Made by a program: the position numbers and the translations under genes
Assembly (NCBI GenBank): GCA_003278735.1
Contig: QCDO01000009.1
Location: 1,060 to 65,059, forward strand
Reading direction: 5' to 3'
Length of the DNA: 64,000 nt
From: Prochlorococcus sp. AG-355-J09
GTDB lineage: Bacteria > Cyanobacteriota > Cyanobacteriia > PCC-6307 > Cyanobiaceae
Shown: piece by piece, positions 52,262 to 62,509 of the stretch
Numbering within the stretch: position 1 is the first letter of the stretch
Layout: each line of letters begins with the position of its first letter
The notes under the pieces: generated by a model
Database searches by the model: none
What the model saw: the letters and a program-made list of their open reading frames with translations, nothing else
What the model was told of the DNA's origin: nothing

Positions 52262-53531
52262 AGGATGGAACATAATCCCTTTACGGGAAATAGCAGAATT
52301 TCAAAACGGATTTGCTTTTAGCAGCAGAGATTATGTAAAAAAATCCCCCAAAAATAAAGAAGTATTGAGGATGGGTTATATAAAAAGAGGTGGTGGTTTC
52401 AAAGAATTTGATAAGGCAGTTTTCATACCTCAAAACCATAAAGCAAATGAAGAGAAATTCGCTTTAGAACACGGTGATATTGTTATAGCGATGACAGACA
52501 TGAAAGATAAAGTGGCAATATTAGGTAACTGCGCAAGAATCACAGATACAGGGAGATTCCTTCTAAATCAAAGAGTAGGAAGAATTAGGACCAAAGATAA
52601 GAATAAAGCTAACCAGAGATTTCTCTATTATTTTTTGAATTCACCAAGTCATATCCGAAATTTACGATCAAGAGCTAATACTGGCGTTCAAGTAAATCTA
52701 ACAACAGAATCTATTATTGAATCGAATATTTCTTTACCTTCAATATCAGAGCAAATAGCAATATCTTCGATACTAGGAGTTTTAGATGAAAAAATTGAAC
52801 TAAATCAAAAAACTAACGAAACAATTGAAAAAATAGCTAAATCACTTTTCAAATCTTGGTTTATTGATTTTGATCCCGTGAAAGAAAAAGTAAAAGATCG
52901 TTCAACAGGATTACCAAAAGAAATTAGTGATTTATTTCCAGATTTACTTGTAGATTCTGAATTAGGAAAAATTCCTCGTGGATGGGAAATAAAAAAACTT
53001 GGAGAAATAATTGAACTTGTTTATGGAAAACCTTTGAAAGAGTCAGATAGAATAAAAGGCTCATATCCGGTGTTCGGTTCAAATGGAATAGTTGGTTTTC
53101 ATAATAATTATCTTGTGAAAGGGCCAGGAATTATTGTTGGCAGAAAAGGTAATCCAGGAATAGTGAAATGGTCATATGATGATTTTTTCCCAATTGATAC
53201 TACTTTTTATGTGAAACCGAAAAGTAGCATAAGAGAAATGACTTTTATCTTTTTTGCCTTACATAACCAAAAATTATCAAATTTATCTGCAGATTCTGCA
53301 GTACCTGGTTTGAATCGAAATATTGCATATATGAGCCAGCAAATCATTCCATCTGCCTCATTATTAGAAATATTTGAACAACAGATAAAAGATTTATTTC
53401 TTGGTATGAAAGCAAGAAACTTGCAGAGTTTATCTCTTCAAAAAGTAAAAGATACTCTTCTTCCTAAACTTATATCAGGAAAAATTAGAATTACTGACGC
53501 TGAAAAAATGATTGATGAGGTAGGTATCTAA
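52248..53531 (+). CDS. hsdS: Type I R-M specificity subunit with two target-recognition domains
   Basis: 427 aa with a conserved central spacer (LPSISEQIAISSILGVLDEKIELNQK) and a distal spacer (LLPKLISGKIRI). It overlaps hsdM by 14 nt. Confidence 0.9.
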   Translation: MVMVEGWNIIPLREIAEFQNGFAFSSRDYVKKSPKNKEVLRMGYIKRGGGFKEFDKAVFIPQNHKANEEKFALEHGDIVIAMTDMKDKVAILGNCARITDTGRFLLNQRVGRIRTKDKNKANQRFLYYFLNSPSHIRNLRSRANTGVQVNLTTESIIESNISLPSISEQIAISSILGVLDEKIELNQKTNETIEKIAKSLFKSWFIDFDPVKEKVKDRSTGLPKEISDLFPDLLVDSELGKIPRGWEIKKLGEIIELVYGKPLKESDRIKGSYPVFGSNGIVGFHNNYLVKGPGIIVGRKGNPGIVKWSYDDFFPIDTTFYVKPKSSIREMTFIFFALHNQKLSNLSADSAVPGLNRNIAYMSQQIIPSASLLEIFEQQIKDLFLGMKARNLQSLSLQKVKDTLLPKLISGKIRITDAEKMIDEVGI

Positions 53532-56500
53532 TGTCATTTCTCAATGAAGAAGATTTAGAAAATATTTCTATTGAATGGTTCAAAGAGATTGGCTATGCCT
53601 ATGCTCATGGGCCAGATATTGCACCTGATGGATCCACGCCTGAAAGAGATGACTTGCGACAGGTTTATCTGATAGATCGTTTGAGAACAGCACTTATAAG
53701 ACTGAACCCCGAAGTTCCTAATAAAACTATTGAATCTGCAATTCTTCAAATTACTAATCCAAGTATCCCTGGATTAGTTTCTTGTAATCGTCAACTGCAT
53801 CAATGGATAACCATGGGGTTCCTTGTTTCATACTTGAATGGCGATGAAGAAAAAAATATAAGATTGAAAATTATTGATTTTGAAGAACCTTCTGAAAACG
53901 ACTTTTTAGTAGTCAATCAACTAAAAGTTGCAGGTCCAAAATATAATCGTATTCCAGATATTGTGGCATATATCAATGGGATTCCAATAGCGGTGATTGA
54001 GCTCAAAAATCCAGCAGATGAAAATACAGACATTTGGGATGCATATAATCAATTACAGACTTACAAAGACAATATTCCTGATCTATTTTCTTCTAATATT
54101 CTTCTTGTAATTAGTGATGGAACATATGCAAAAGTTGGTTCACTTTCTGCCAATGAGGAAAGATTTCAAAGATGGCGAGTAATTGAAAAAGAACAAGATT
54201 TAGATCCCTTAGGAAACTTTAGAGAACTAGAAACTTTAGTAAGAGGATTATTTGATCAAAAAAGATTATTAGATTTTATACGTTCATTCTGCCTCTTTGA
54301 GGAGGACGGAGAAATTATCAAAAAGATTGCTGCTTATCATCAGTTTTATGCTGTAAACAATGCCATAGAGAGAGTTGTTGAAGCGAGCAGTTCTGGGGGA
54401 GATAGAAGAGGTGGAGTCGTTTGGCATACGCAAGGTGCAGGCAAAAGTATTGAGATGGCTTGTTTAGCTGGAAAATTGCTGACTGATGAAAGACTACAGA
54501 ATCCTACCTTGATTTTTGTTACTGACAGAAACGATTTGGATGGGCAATTGTTCGGAGTATTTGCAGGATCAGGGGGTTTACTTGGTGAATCTCCTAAGCA
54601 GGCAGAAACAAAAGATGATCTTAGAAAATTACTTGAAGACATTCCAAGTGGAGGAATCATTTTTACTACTATTCAGAAGTTTGCCAAAAAGAAAGAGGAG
54701 CATAAATTTCCTCAACTTACCTCTAGGGAAAATATTATTGTCATTTGTGATGAAGCTCATAGATCACAATATGGGTTCAGAGCAAGAATTGATTCAAAAA
54801 CTGGGGAAATCAAATATGGTTTAGCAAGAGGTCTTAGAGATGCCCTTCCAAATGCAACATTTTTAGCTTTCACTGGAACTCCAATTTCTTTCGCTGATAA
54901 AAATACACAATCTGTTTTTGGACATTACATATCCATTTATGACATACAGCAGGCTGTTGAAGATAAAGCAACAGTTCCAATTTATTACGAGTCTAGGCAA
55001 GCAAAATTAGAACTCAAAAAAGATGCGATTCCCATTATCGATAGTAGAGAAGAGGAAATTTTTGCTAGTGAAGATGAATTGCCAGAAAATTATAAAAAGA
55101 AAAGTAAATGGGCAGCATTAGAAAAATTAGTTGGTTCTCCTCCACGCCTAAAACAAATTGCTCAGGACCTCGTAAAACATTATGAGAAAAGATGTGAAAT
55201 ACAACCAGGAAAAGCATTAGTAGTTGGCATGAGTAGAGAAATTTGTGCATCTCTTTATAAAGAAATAATCGCAATCAAACCTGAGTGGGAAGATTCATCT
55301 CATATGAGAGGTTCCATCAAGGTCGTCATGACAGCAAAAGCGTCTGATAAATTTGAACTTCAAAAACATAATACAAATAAACAACAAAGAGATGACTTAG
55401 CTAAGAGATTCAAAGATCCAAATGATCCTCTAAAGATTGTTTTAGTTAGAAATATGTGGCTTACAGGATTTGATGCTCCATGCTTAGCGACAATGTATAT
55501 TGATAAACCAATGAAAGGTGCGAATCTTGCTCAAGCTATTGCAAGAGTCAATAGGGTTTTCAAAGATAAGCCTGGTGGATTGATTGTCGACTATATTGGC
55601 TTTTCTCCTCAATTGAAAGAGGCCCTCGCTACATATACTGGAGATCGAGGAAGAGGAGAACCAGCTCTTGATATCGAAGAAGCATTATTGATTTTGAAAG
55701 AACAAATACAAATAGCTCATGATCTTTTATTTCCAGTTGAATGGGAGAATTTTAGTGAAAAAGGTAAAGCTTTTGAATTGATTCCAAATTGTCTAGAAAA
55801 AATACTATCAATCGAAAATGGTAAGCAAAGATTTTGTGATGCGGTTCTTAGAATGACTAAAGCTTTTTCTCTTTGCAGCTCAACTGATGAAGCCAATCAA
55901 TTCTCTGAAAAAGTTGCTTTTCTAAATGCTGTAAGAGCTCCTCTTATAAAAGATTCAAGAAGCGGAGGTACTCCTACTGAAGGAGTAGATTATAAACTTC
56001 AACAACTTTTATCAGAATCATTAGTAGCTCAAGGAGTTACGGATATTTTCAAAGTCGCTGGATTGAAAAATCCTGATATAAGTATTTTGTCGAATGCTTT
56101 TTTAGAGGAAGTTTATAAAATTCCTCAGAAAAATTTAGCAGTTGAACTACTAGAAAAACTTATAAATGATGAAGTAAAAAGTAAATTCAGAACTAACTTA
56201 GTCAAGCAAAAAAGATTTAGTGAAATGCTAAAAGCAACACTCAACAAATACGAGAATCGAGCGATTGAAGCAGCCCAAGTTATTGAAGAACTTATTGAAA
56301 TGGCAAAAAAATTCCGTGAAGATTTGGAAAAAGGAATTTCATTAGGGTTATCTTCTGCAGAACGATCATTTTATGATGCTTTAGCAGAAAATCCTTCTGC
56401 TCAACAATTGATGGAAGAGAAAGTTCTCGCAAACATGGCAAAGGAGCTTGCAGAAATTATCAGAAGGGATGCAAATATTGATTGGCAATATAAAGATAAC

Positions 56501-56635
56501 GTCAGAGCAAAACTGAGAATCAAAATAAAAACACTTTTGAAAAGATATAAATATCCTCCAGATGAACAAGTTACCGCAGTTGAAACTGTCCTTCAACAAG
56601 CAGAAACTCTTGGAGAGGAATTAGTGGCGAGTTAG
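53531..56635 (+). CDS. hsdR: Type I R-M restriction endonuclease/translocase subunit
   Basis: 1034 aa with a nuclease region (PDIVAYINGIPIAVIELK), helicase motif I (TQGAGKS), the DEAH box (ICDEAHRSQYG) and motif VI (QAIARVNR). It has a TAATG overlap with hsdS. Confidence 0.95.
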   Translation: MSFLNEEDLENISIEWFKEIGYAYAHGPDIAPDGSTPERDDLRQVYLIDRLRTALIRLNPEVPNKTIESAILQITNPSIPGLVSCNRQLHQWITMGFLVSYLNGDEEKNIRLKIIDFEEPSENDFLVVNQLKVAGPKYNRIPDIVAYINGIPIAVIELKNPADENTDIWDAYNQLQTYKDNIPDLFSSNILLVISDGTYAKVGSLSANEERFQRWRVIEKEQDLDPLGNFRELETLVRGLFDQKRLLDFIRSFCLFEEDGEIIKKIAAYHQFYAVNNAIERVVEASSSGGDRRGGVVWHTQGAGKSIEMACLAGKLLTDERLQNPTLIFVTDRNDLDGQLFGVFAGSGGLLGESPKQAETKDDLRKLLEDIPSGGIIFTTIQKFAKKKEEHKFPQLTSRENIIVICDEAHRSQYGFRARIDSKTGEIKYGLARGLRDALPNATFLAFTGTPISFADKNTQSVFGHYISIYDIQQAVEDKATVPIYYESRQAKLELKKDAIPIIDSREEEIFASEDELPENYKKKSKWAALEKLVGSPPRLKQIAQDLVKHYEKRCEIQPGKALVVGMSREICASLYKEIIAIKPEWEDSSHMRGSIKVVMTAKASDKFELQKHNTNKQQRDDLAKRFKDPNDPLKIVLVRNMWLTGFDAPCLATMYIDKPMKGANLAQAIARVNRVFKDKPGGLIVDYIGFSPQLKEALATYTGDRGRGEPALDIEEALLILKEQIQIAHDLLFPVEWENFSEKGKAFELIPNCLEKILSIENGKQRFCDAVLRMTKAFSLCSSTDEANQFSEKVAFLNAVRAPLIKDSRSGGTPTEGVDYKLQQLLSESLVAQGVTDIFKVAGLKNPDISILSNAFLEEVYKIPQKNLAVELLEKLINDEVKSKFRTNLVKQKRFSEMLKATLNKYENRAIEAAQVIEELIEMAKKFREDLEKGISLGLSSAERSFYDALAENPSAQQLMEEKVLANMAKELAEIIRRDANIDWQYKDNVRAKLRIKIKTLLKRYKYPPDEQVTAVETVLQQAETLGEELVAS

Positions 56636-56747
56636 TTTTTCTATTTTATATCCAAAAAAAGAACCTGTTGCTATTCAAATTTGATTAGATATAAACTACA
56701 AGAATCTAAATAAATTGCATAATAAAAACACATTTTTGAAAAGAGCT

Positions 56748-56768
56748 AAAACCCATATAAAAACCCAT
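56748..56768. repeat. Tandem 9-mer AAAACCCAT-ata-AAAACCCAT (right inner arm of the island)
   Basis: Partner of the repeat at 49769-49789, in the same orientation and with the same T-rich tail. Confidence 0.55.
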
Positions 56769-56847
56769 TTTTTATCTTTCTTTTGAGGTATCCTGAGGTC
56801 GGGTGACGTCCTAAATTTTGAAGATTGTAGTGCTTGCAATAAAAAAG

Positions 56848-56873
56848 ACCCCTAGTGGAGTCTCTTGATTACT
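56848..56873 (-). terminator. Intrinsic terminator downstream of the intact tRNA-Asn
   Basis: On the minus strand this reads AGACTCC-acta-GGGGTCT, a 7-bp stem with one G-U pair, followed by TTTTTTATT. Confidence 0.45.
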
Positions 56874-56891
56874 ACTGATGTTTGAATAAAA

Positions 56892-56963
<72 letters not shown>

Positions 56964-57012
56964 ATATAGAATGAATTTAGCTCTTTAAAGTACCTTATGA
57001 CAAGTACAAGAG

Positions 57013-57687
57013 TTAATTATATTGAAATTTTGATGGTTCTTGCCAGCTAGATAAAAAACCATTTTTCAACTCTGCTACTGCATCAGCATAAGTTAATTCT
57101 TCATAACGATGAGTAATCCACAAAGCCGATAAAGGTTTTTTATAATCACTTGTGAGATTTTTAATAGTTCGTAAAACTTTTAATTGACTAGTTTGATCAA
57201 GTAACGCTGTAGGCTCATCTAAAAGAATAAAATTTCTATTACTAATAAGAGCACTTGCAATGGTTAAGCGTTGTTTTTGTCCACCGCTCAAAGTATGAAC
57301 TGGCCTTTTTTCAAAACCAGTCATTCCTACCTGATCAAGTACATATTCAATTTTTTTATTAATTTCATTTTGACTTATATTCTGATTAATATTAATCAGA
57401 AGTTCACTCCTACAGTTTGGCATCAATATTTGATGATCAGGATTTTGGAACACCATGCCAATATTTGCATTAGAGTAGATAAAACCATTTTTGGGTTTGA
57501 TTATTCCATTAATTAATTTTAAAAGAGTACTTTTTCCGCTCCCGTTTTTACCTACGACCATCCAAAATCCATTTTTTTTTATTGATAAATTACATTTAAA
57601 AATTAAATTTTCTTTTTCTCCAGGATATGAAAAAGAAACATCTTTAAAGTTAATATGAGGTATTTCATTTTCAAAGGAATCTAGCAT
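57013..57687 (-). CDS. ABC transporter ATP-binding protein (ECF/CbiO-like)
   Basis: 224 aa with Walker A (GKNGSGKSTLL), the signature LSGGQKQR and Walker B (ILLDEP). Confidence 0.85.
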   Translation of the reverse strand: MLDSFENEIPHINFKDVSFSYPGEKENLIFKCNLSIKKNGFWMVVGKNGSGKSTLLKLINGIIKPKNGFIYSNANIGMVFQNPDHQILMPNCRSELLININQNISQNEINKKIEYVLDQVGMTGFEKRPVHTLSGGQKQRLTIASALISNRNFILLDEPTALLDQTSQLKVLRTIKNLTSDYKKPLSALWITHRYEELTYADAVAELKNGFLSSWQEPSKFQYN

Positions 57688-57695
57688 TAATTCTA

Positions 57696-57974
57696 TTAAT
57701 CTATGTTGAGAGAAAATCCTGGTCTTTTAGCTCCTCCTGCTACTGAAGATTTTTCATATATCTGAACAGAAATGATTTCTTTAGCTCTTACAGCAATTAA
57801 TTTATCTTGCACTTTGTCACACCTTAATTCGATCAAGTTTGATGATTCCAAAGTTTCATTCATAGAACTTTTTATTTCTTCATAAATTCCTTTTACATCA
57901 TCAAATTCTTTCTTCTGAATTGAAAGTGGAAAAGGTGAATATCTCAGACTTAGTTCCAACGAATACATAATCAT
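57696..57974 (-). CDS. Conserved cyanobacterial small protein (UPF0367-like)
   Basis: 92 aa. MYSLELSLRYSPFPLSIQKKE...ELRCDK resembles the UPF0367 family. The true start may be the second ATG, at 57968. Confidence 0.55.
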   Translation of the reverse strand: MIMYSLELSLRYSPFPLSIQKKEFDDVKGIYEEIKSSMNETLESSNLIELRCDKVQDKLIAVRAKEIISVQIYEKSSVAGGAKRPGFSLNID

Positions 57975-58119
57975 AATAAAAACTACCTCTTATATTACTA
58001 AATATTTTTCAGCAGGAAGTTATTTAATTTAAATTCTTTTGAGAAAATTATACAAAAGATCTTTAAATACAATTATTATAGATGAAGGAAATTTTATTTT
58101 GAATTTTGAAAATAATTTC

Positions 58120-59088
58120 ATGGGAATAGCAAATGATATAACTTCTCTAGTTGGAAATACCCCATTAGTTAAATTAAATCGAATCAGAAAGTATTTTGAT
58201 TGTTATCCAGAAATAATAGCCAAACTAGAAAGTTTCAATCCATCAGCGTCAGTTAAGGATCGGATCGCTTATTCAATGTTATGTAAAGCTGAAGAAGAAG
58301 GATTGATAACACCAGATAAAACAACGTTAATTGAAGCAACTAGTGGAAATACTGGCATCGCATTAGCAATGGTTGCAGCAGCAAAAGGCTATAAATTGAT
58401 ATTGACTATGCCGGATACGATGAGTATTGAGAGAAGGGCAATGTTGAGAGCATATGGAGCTGAATTACAGCTAACACCCGGGAGAGACGGAATGAAAGGA
58501 GCTTTAGATTTAGCTAATGAGTTGTCTTCAACCATTGCAAATAGCTATCAATTTAATCAGTTTGAAAACTTTGCTAATCCAGATATTCATGAAAGAACGA
58601 CGGCTCAAGAAATATGGTCCCAATCCAATAACAATTTAGATGGACTAGTTACAGGAGTAGGCACAGGAGGAACAATTACTGGTTGTGCACGTTTTTTGAA
58701 AAAAGTTAATCCAAATTGCAAAATTTATGCCGTAGAGCCCAAAAAAAGTGCTGTGATTTCCGGAGAAAAAGCAGGATCTCATTCGATTCAAGGAATTGGT
58801 GCGGGTTTTGTACCAAAAGTTCTTAATACTAAATTAATTGATGAAATTATAAAAATAGATGACGATGAAGCATTTTATTATGGGCGTTTATTAGCTAGAT
58901 TGGAAGGCCTTTTATCTGGCATCAGCAGCGGTGCAGCTTTAGCAGCAACTATAAAAATCGGCAAAAGAAAAGAACTAATGAATAAAAGATTGATAGTTAT
59001 TCTTCCAAGTTTTGGAGAAAGATATTTATCAACAGCAATGTTTGAATCTAATACTTCAATTCAAGCCAGAAAAGATGGTTATCTTTAA
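58120..59088 (+). CDS. cysK: Cysteine synthase A (O-acetylserine sulfhydrylase)
   Basis: Starting at ATG 58120 gives MGIANDITSLVGNTPLV with the PLP motif PSASVKDR and GTGGTITG. The 27-aa extension from TTG 58039 in the track is not CysK-like. Confidence 0.9.
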   Translation: MGIANDITSLVGNTPLVKLNRIRKYFDCYPEIIAKLESFNPSASVKDRIAYSMLCKAEEEGLITPDKTTLIEATSGNTGIALAMVAAAKGYKLILTMPDTMSIERRAMLRAYGAELQLTPGRDGMKGALDLANELSSTIANSYQFNQFENFANPDIHERTTAQEIWSQSNNNLDGLVTGVGTGGTITGCARFLKKVNPNCKIYAVEPKKSAVISGEKAGSHSIQGIGAGFVPKVLNTKLIDEIIKIDDDEAFYYGRLLARLEGLLSGISSGAALAATIKIGKRKELMNKRLIVILPSFGERYLSTAMFESNTSIQARKDGYL

Positions 59089-59104
59089 TGCATAATTTCT
59101 AAAG

Positions 59105-59782
59105 ATGGAAAAAAATTTATATGAAGAATTAGGTCTCAAACAAAATGCAACCATAAGTGAAATTAAATCTTCATATCGCTCTTTAGTTAAGCAACATCAT
59201 CCAGATGCAGGCGGCAAGAAAGAACGATTTCTTGCCATACAAAATGCCTGGGAAACTCTAAATGACCCTATTAAAAAGAAACAATACGATAGCAGTTTTT
59301 CCTTTTCCAGCTCATCATATGATTCATTAAATGAAAATTGGGAAGAGAAATTTAATTCAAAAAAACATAATTCTTCAATTAAGGACAAAGAAGTTGAAAC
59401 ATGGATTAAAGAAATTTATAGTCCGATAAATAGATTAATTAGTCAAATCATTAAACCTTTGAATAACGAAATAAAAGAACTATCTGCGGATCCATATGAT
59501 GACGAACTAATGGAAAATTTTTGCAGTTATATTATTCTTTCACAAAAGAAAATAGAAAAAGTTGAAAAAATTTATAACAAAAAAATAGTTCCAAAGTCTA
59601 TTTCAGCTTTAGGCCTCGATCTTTATCATTGTTTTTCACAAGTTAAAGATGCGCTATCAGAATTTGATAGATATACACAAGGATACGTAGATAATTATTT
59701 ATTTGATGGCAAAGAAATGATCAAAGAAGCAAAAAGAATACAATCAAAGATGTCTATAGAGAAAAAAAATAAAAACTTTTAG
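59105..59782 (+). CDS. J-domain (DnaJ-like) protein
   Basis: 225 aa with NLYEELGL...YRSLVKQHHPDAGG (HPD motif). It has no Gly/Phe or zinc-finger region. Confidence 0.8.
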   Translation: MEKNLYEELGLKQNATISEIKSSYRSLVKQHHPDAGGKKERFLAIQNAWETLNDPIKKKQYDSSFSFSSSSYDSLNENWEEKFNSKKHNSSIKDKEVETWIKEIYSPINRLISQIIKPLNNEIKELSADPYDDELMENFCSYIILSQKKIEKVEKIYNKKIVPKSISALGLDLYHCFSQVKDALSEFDRYTQGYVDNYLFDGKEMIKEAKRIQSKMSIEKKNKNF

Positions 59783-59793
59783 ATATAAAAATT

Positions 59794-60030
59794 TTATTGA
59801 GTATATTCTTTTAGTTGATCTAATTTCAACCAAACATCTGGAACAGGTCTGCGCCATCGAACCTGAGCATATTCCTCTTTGACTGAAAGTATCTCTCCAG
59901 GACCTTCAAAGACATAATTAGGTAGATCATCATCACTGGCTAGCGCTTCAATACTTTTTATATAATTTTCTCTATCGACAAAAACTAAGCTTCCTTTCTT
60001 GAGAGGCTTCTTTGGAATAGAATCTGTCAT
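59794..60030 (-). CDS. ndhO: NAD(P)H-quinone oxidoreductase subunit O
   Basis: 78 aa. KKGSLVFVDRENY..S.EALASDDDLPNYVFEGPGEIL matches the NdhO pattern. Confidence 0.7.
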   Translation of the reverse strand: MTDSIPKKPLKKGSLVFVDRENYIKSIEALASDDDLPNYVFEGPGEILSVKEEYAQVRWRRPVPDVWLKLDQLKEYTQ

Positions 60031-60166
60031 GATAAATTCAAGAAAGTTATTTGGAATCCATTATACAAAAACTTGTTTGAAAACTATTAAAAAAAATTTA
60101 TACCGGAATAATTTTTACAAACGTCTAAAAAATTTAATAGTCTTTAATGATAAACATCTATAAGAT

Positions 60167-61093
60167 ATGCGTCTTTTACTACTTGGCTGCACTGGATTTA
60201 TTGGTAAAGAATTAGTACCAACACTACTTAATAAAAATCACGAAATATACATTGTAAGTAGAAAACCAATTAGTAAATTAAATCTTGATTTAGATTTCAA
60301 TAAGTTTAAATTTTTTCAAATAGATTTATCAAAAGAAAAAAACTGGAATAACGAAAATCTTCTAAATATTTTAAAAGAGACAGATGGAATTATTAACTTG
60401 ATGGGAGAACCCATAGCAGAAAAAAAATGGACTTCTGAACAAAAACAGGAGATTGAAAATAGTCGTATTAACACCACGAAATTTATGATAAAGACCCTTA
60501 AAAATTTAAAAATCAACCCAAAAGTCATTATAAATGGATCAGCTATAGGATATTACGGTACAAGTTTGTCTAGTGAATTCACTGAAAATAGTCCTGTAGG
60601 AAAAGACTTTTTATCTAATCTTTGCAAAAAATGGGAAGCAGTCGCCGCTGAAAAACCGTTTTTCTCAAGGTTAGTTATTTTTAGAGTTGGAATTGTTCTA
60701 GAGAAAGACGGAGGAGCATTAGGAAAAATGCTCCCTATATTTAAAGTTGGATTAGGTGGACCAATTGGAGATGGTAAGCAATGGATGAGTTGGATTCATA
60801 GAACTGATTTATGTGAATTAATTACTCAAGCATTAGTTGATAAAAAGTATTCAGGAGTATTTAATGCTGTTGCACCAAATCCAGTATTAATGAGAGAATT
60901 TTCTCAGACTTTAGGCAAATGTCTGAATAGACCTAATTTACTTCCAGTGCCTGGAGCGGTTTTAAAAATATTGTTAGGAGATGGAGCGAAAGTTGTTTTA
61001 GAGGGACAAAAAGTAATTAGCAGTAAACTAAAAAATTATTCTTTTAAATATCCTCTTCTTGAGAAAGCAATTTACGCCTCCACCAAGAATTAA
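60167..61093 (+). CDS. NAD-dependent epimerase-family protein (YfcH/TIGR01777-like)
   Basis: 308 aa with a Rossmann fold (LLLGCTGFIGKEL) and a C-terminus conserved in that family (GDGKQWMSWIH..D). Confidence 0.7.
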   Translation: MRLLLLGCTGFIGKELVPTLLNKNHEIYIVSRKPISKLNLDLDFNKFKFFQIDLSKEKNWNNENLLNILKETDGIINLMGEPIAEKKWTSEQKQEIENSRINTTKFMIKTLKNLKINPKVIINGSAIGYYGTSLSSEFTENSPVGKDFLSNLCKKWEAVAAEKPFFSRLVIFRVGIVLEKDGGALGKMLPIFKVGLGGPIGDGKQWMSWIHRTDLCELITQALVDKKYSGVFNAVAPNPVLMREFSQTLGKCLNRPNLLPVPGAVLKILLGDGAKVVLEGQKVISSKLKNYSFKYPLLEKAIYASTKN

Positions 61094-61313
61094 TACCGTT
61101 TACTAAAGCACCAATAATTAGAATTGTTATCAATGGAACTACAAGAGGATTCCAAACTATCTGAATAAAATTAATAAAAATAAATATCCCATTAAATTGC
61201 ATGATGATTGCAAAAATAAAAAATATTGCAAAAAAAATGACTGTAAATAAATTTATTAATAACAAATTATCGATAATTTGTTTTAACTTATTTTGATTAT
61301 TCTCCTTAGTCAT
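61044..61313 (-). CDS. Hypothetical small membrane protein
   Basis: 89 aa with two hydrophobic segments. It overlaps its neighbours at both ends, so the start and extent are uncertain. Confidence 0.35.
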   Translation of the reverse strand: MTKENNQNKLKQIIDNLLLINLFTVIFFAIFFIFAIIMQFNGIFIFINFIQIVWNPLVVPLITILIIGALVNGINSWWRRKLLSQEEDI

Positions 61314-62508
61314 TTTTTATAACAATATTCATATCATCAACCATTTTAGGACAAGCTTTGTTTTCACCCAGTCTTTTTTTAGCATTTACATTACATGAGA
61401 TCATAAACTTCTTATTTAACTGTATAAGGTATATTACTTTTATGATCAATTTAATTGTCTGATTGATTTGGTCATTTTTATCTTTATAATTACTGGCACA
61501 AAAAACATATTTTCCAAGCAAACGTCTTTGCGCTTCTGCAAAAGTTTTTGTAAATTGTGGACCTTTTCCTTCAATCTGAATAACTGGTTTTCCTAATCCA
61601 ATCGCCTGCTCTGCTGCTGTTCCTGCCATGCTAATACAGCATCTACTTTTCGATAATATTTTGTCAAAATTGTTCCAATATATATTCACTTCTAAAAATT
61701 TATATTGGAATTTCAAGAGATTATCATCTTTTATATTTTCTATATTTAACCATCCTCTTTTTTGAAATATCTCCTTTATTTTTGATGAAGATAGAGCATT
61801 AACTATTGCAAAATTAAACTGAATTTTTTGAAAATATCTTAAATCTGACAATGCCTCTAATACCTCTAAAATAAAAACAAAATTATCTAAAATCTCAGGG
61901 AATCTACTTCCTGGAAATAATCCAATACTAAATTCAGCTTTATTTAATTCTTTGTTTCTAGGAAAAAACTTGTCCATAAATGGATTGCCTAAAAAAGAAA
62001 CTTTCTTTTTTAATTGCAATGTTAAATCATTAGCTGTAAGGGAATCTCTCGCATATATTTTTTTTGCTTTTTGTGAGACCAAGAAAAATTTAGAGGGCCA
62101 TGGTAATTTCAACTTCCCTTCATAATGGCTGGAATAAGCAACTAGGTATGTAAAAAAATCTTTCTTACAAACCCATGCAAAAAAAACTGGCACAATATCT
62201 CCAACTACAAAAAAATAATCATATTTATTTCTTACTTTAAAAGTTAAATATAATCTCTTTAGAAGATAAAATATCTCTCCTCCTAATATCTCAGTAAGTC
62301 TTCCCTTAAAAGTATTATAGCCAATTCCTCCAGTTCTAAATTCATTAGTTTTACCAATAATTTTAATTTTTTCTTTTTCGTAATGGTTTCCCATTCCAAC
62401 AATTGGCAAAGCATGAACAGAATAACCACTTTTTACGAATTGTTTAGCTAATAGACTGCCAGAAAGATCTTCTCCATGTCCATTACTTAATATTAAAATC
62501 TTAAACAA
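61306..62508 (-). CDS. Lipid-A-disaccharide synthase-related glycosyltransferase-like protein
   Basis: 400 aa with an N-terminal ILSNGHGEDLSG and a C-terminal MAGTAAEQAIGLGKP, as in LpxB-related cyanobacterial proteins. Confidence 0.55.
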   Translation of the reverse strand: MFKILILSNGHGEDLSGSLLAKQFVKSGYSVHALPIVGMGNHYEKEKIKIIGKTNEFRTGGIGYNTFKGRLTEILGGEIFYLLKRLYLTFKVRNKYDYFFVVGDIVPVFFAWVCKKDFFTYLVAYSSHYEGKLKLPWPSKFFLVSQKAKKIYARDSLTANDLTLQLKKKVSFLGNPFMDKFFPRNKELNKAEFSIGLFPGSRFPEILDNFVFILEVLEALSDLRYFQKIQFNFAIVNALSSSKIKEIFQKRGWLNIENIKDDNLLKFQYKFLEVNIYWNNFDKILSKSRCCISMAGTAAEQAIGLGKPVIQIEGKGPQFTKTFAEAQRRLLGKYVFCASNYKDKNDQINQTIKLIIKVIYLIQLNKKFMISCNVNAKKRLGENKACPKMVDDMNIVIKND

Positions 62509-62509
62509 T

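Noticed and set aside
58039-58119. TTG-initiated 27-aa extension of cysK, and similarly the 20-aa extension of the IscA-like gene at 63338-63397
   Set aside because: Internal ATGs give proteins of family-typical length and N-termini. The extensions have no similarity to those families.
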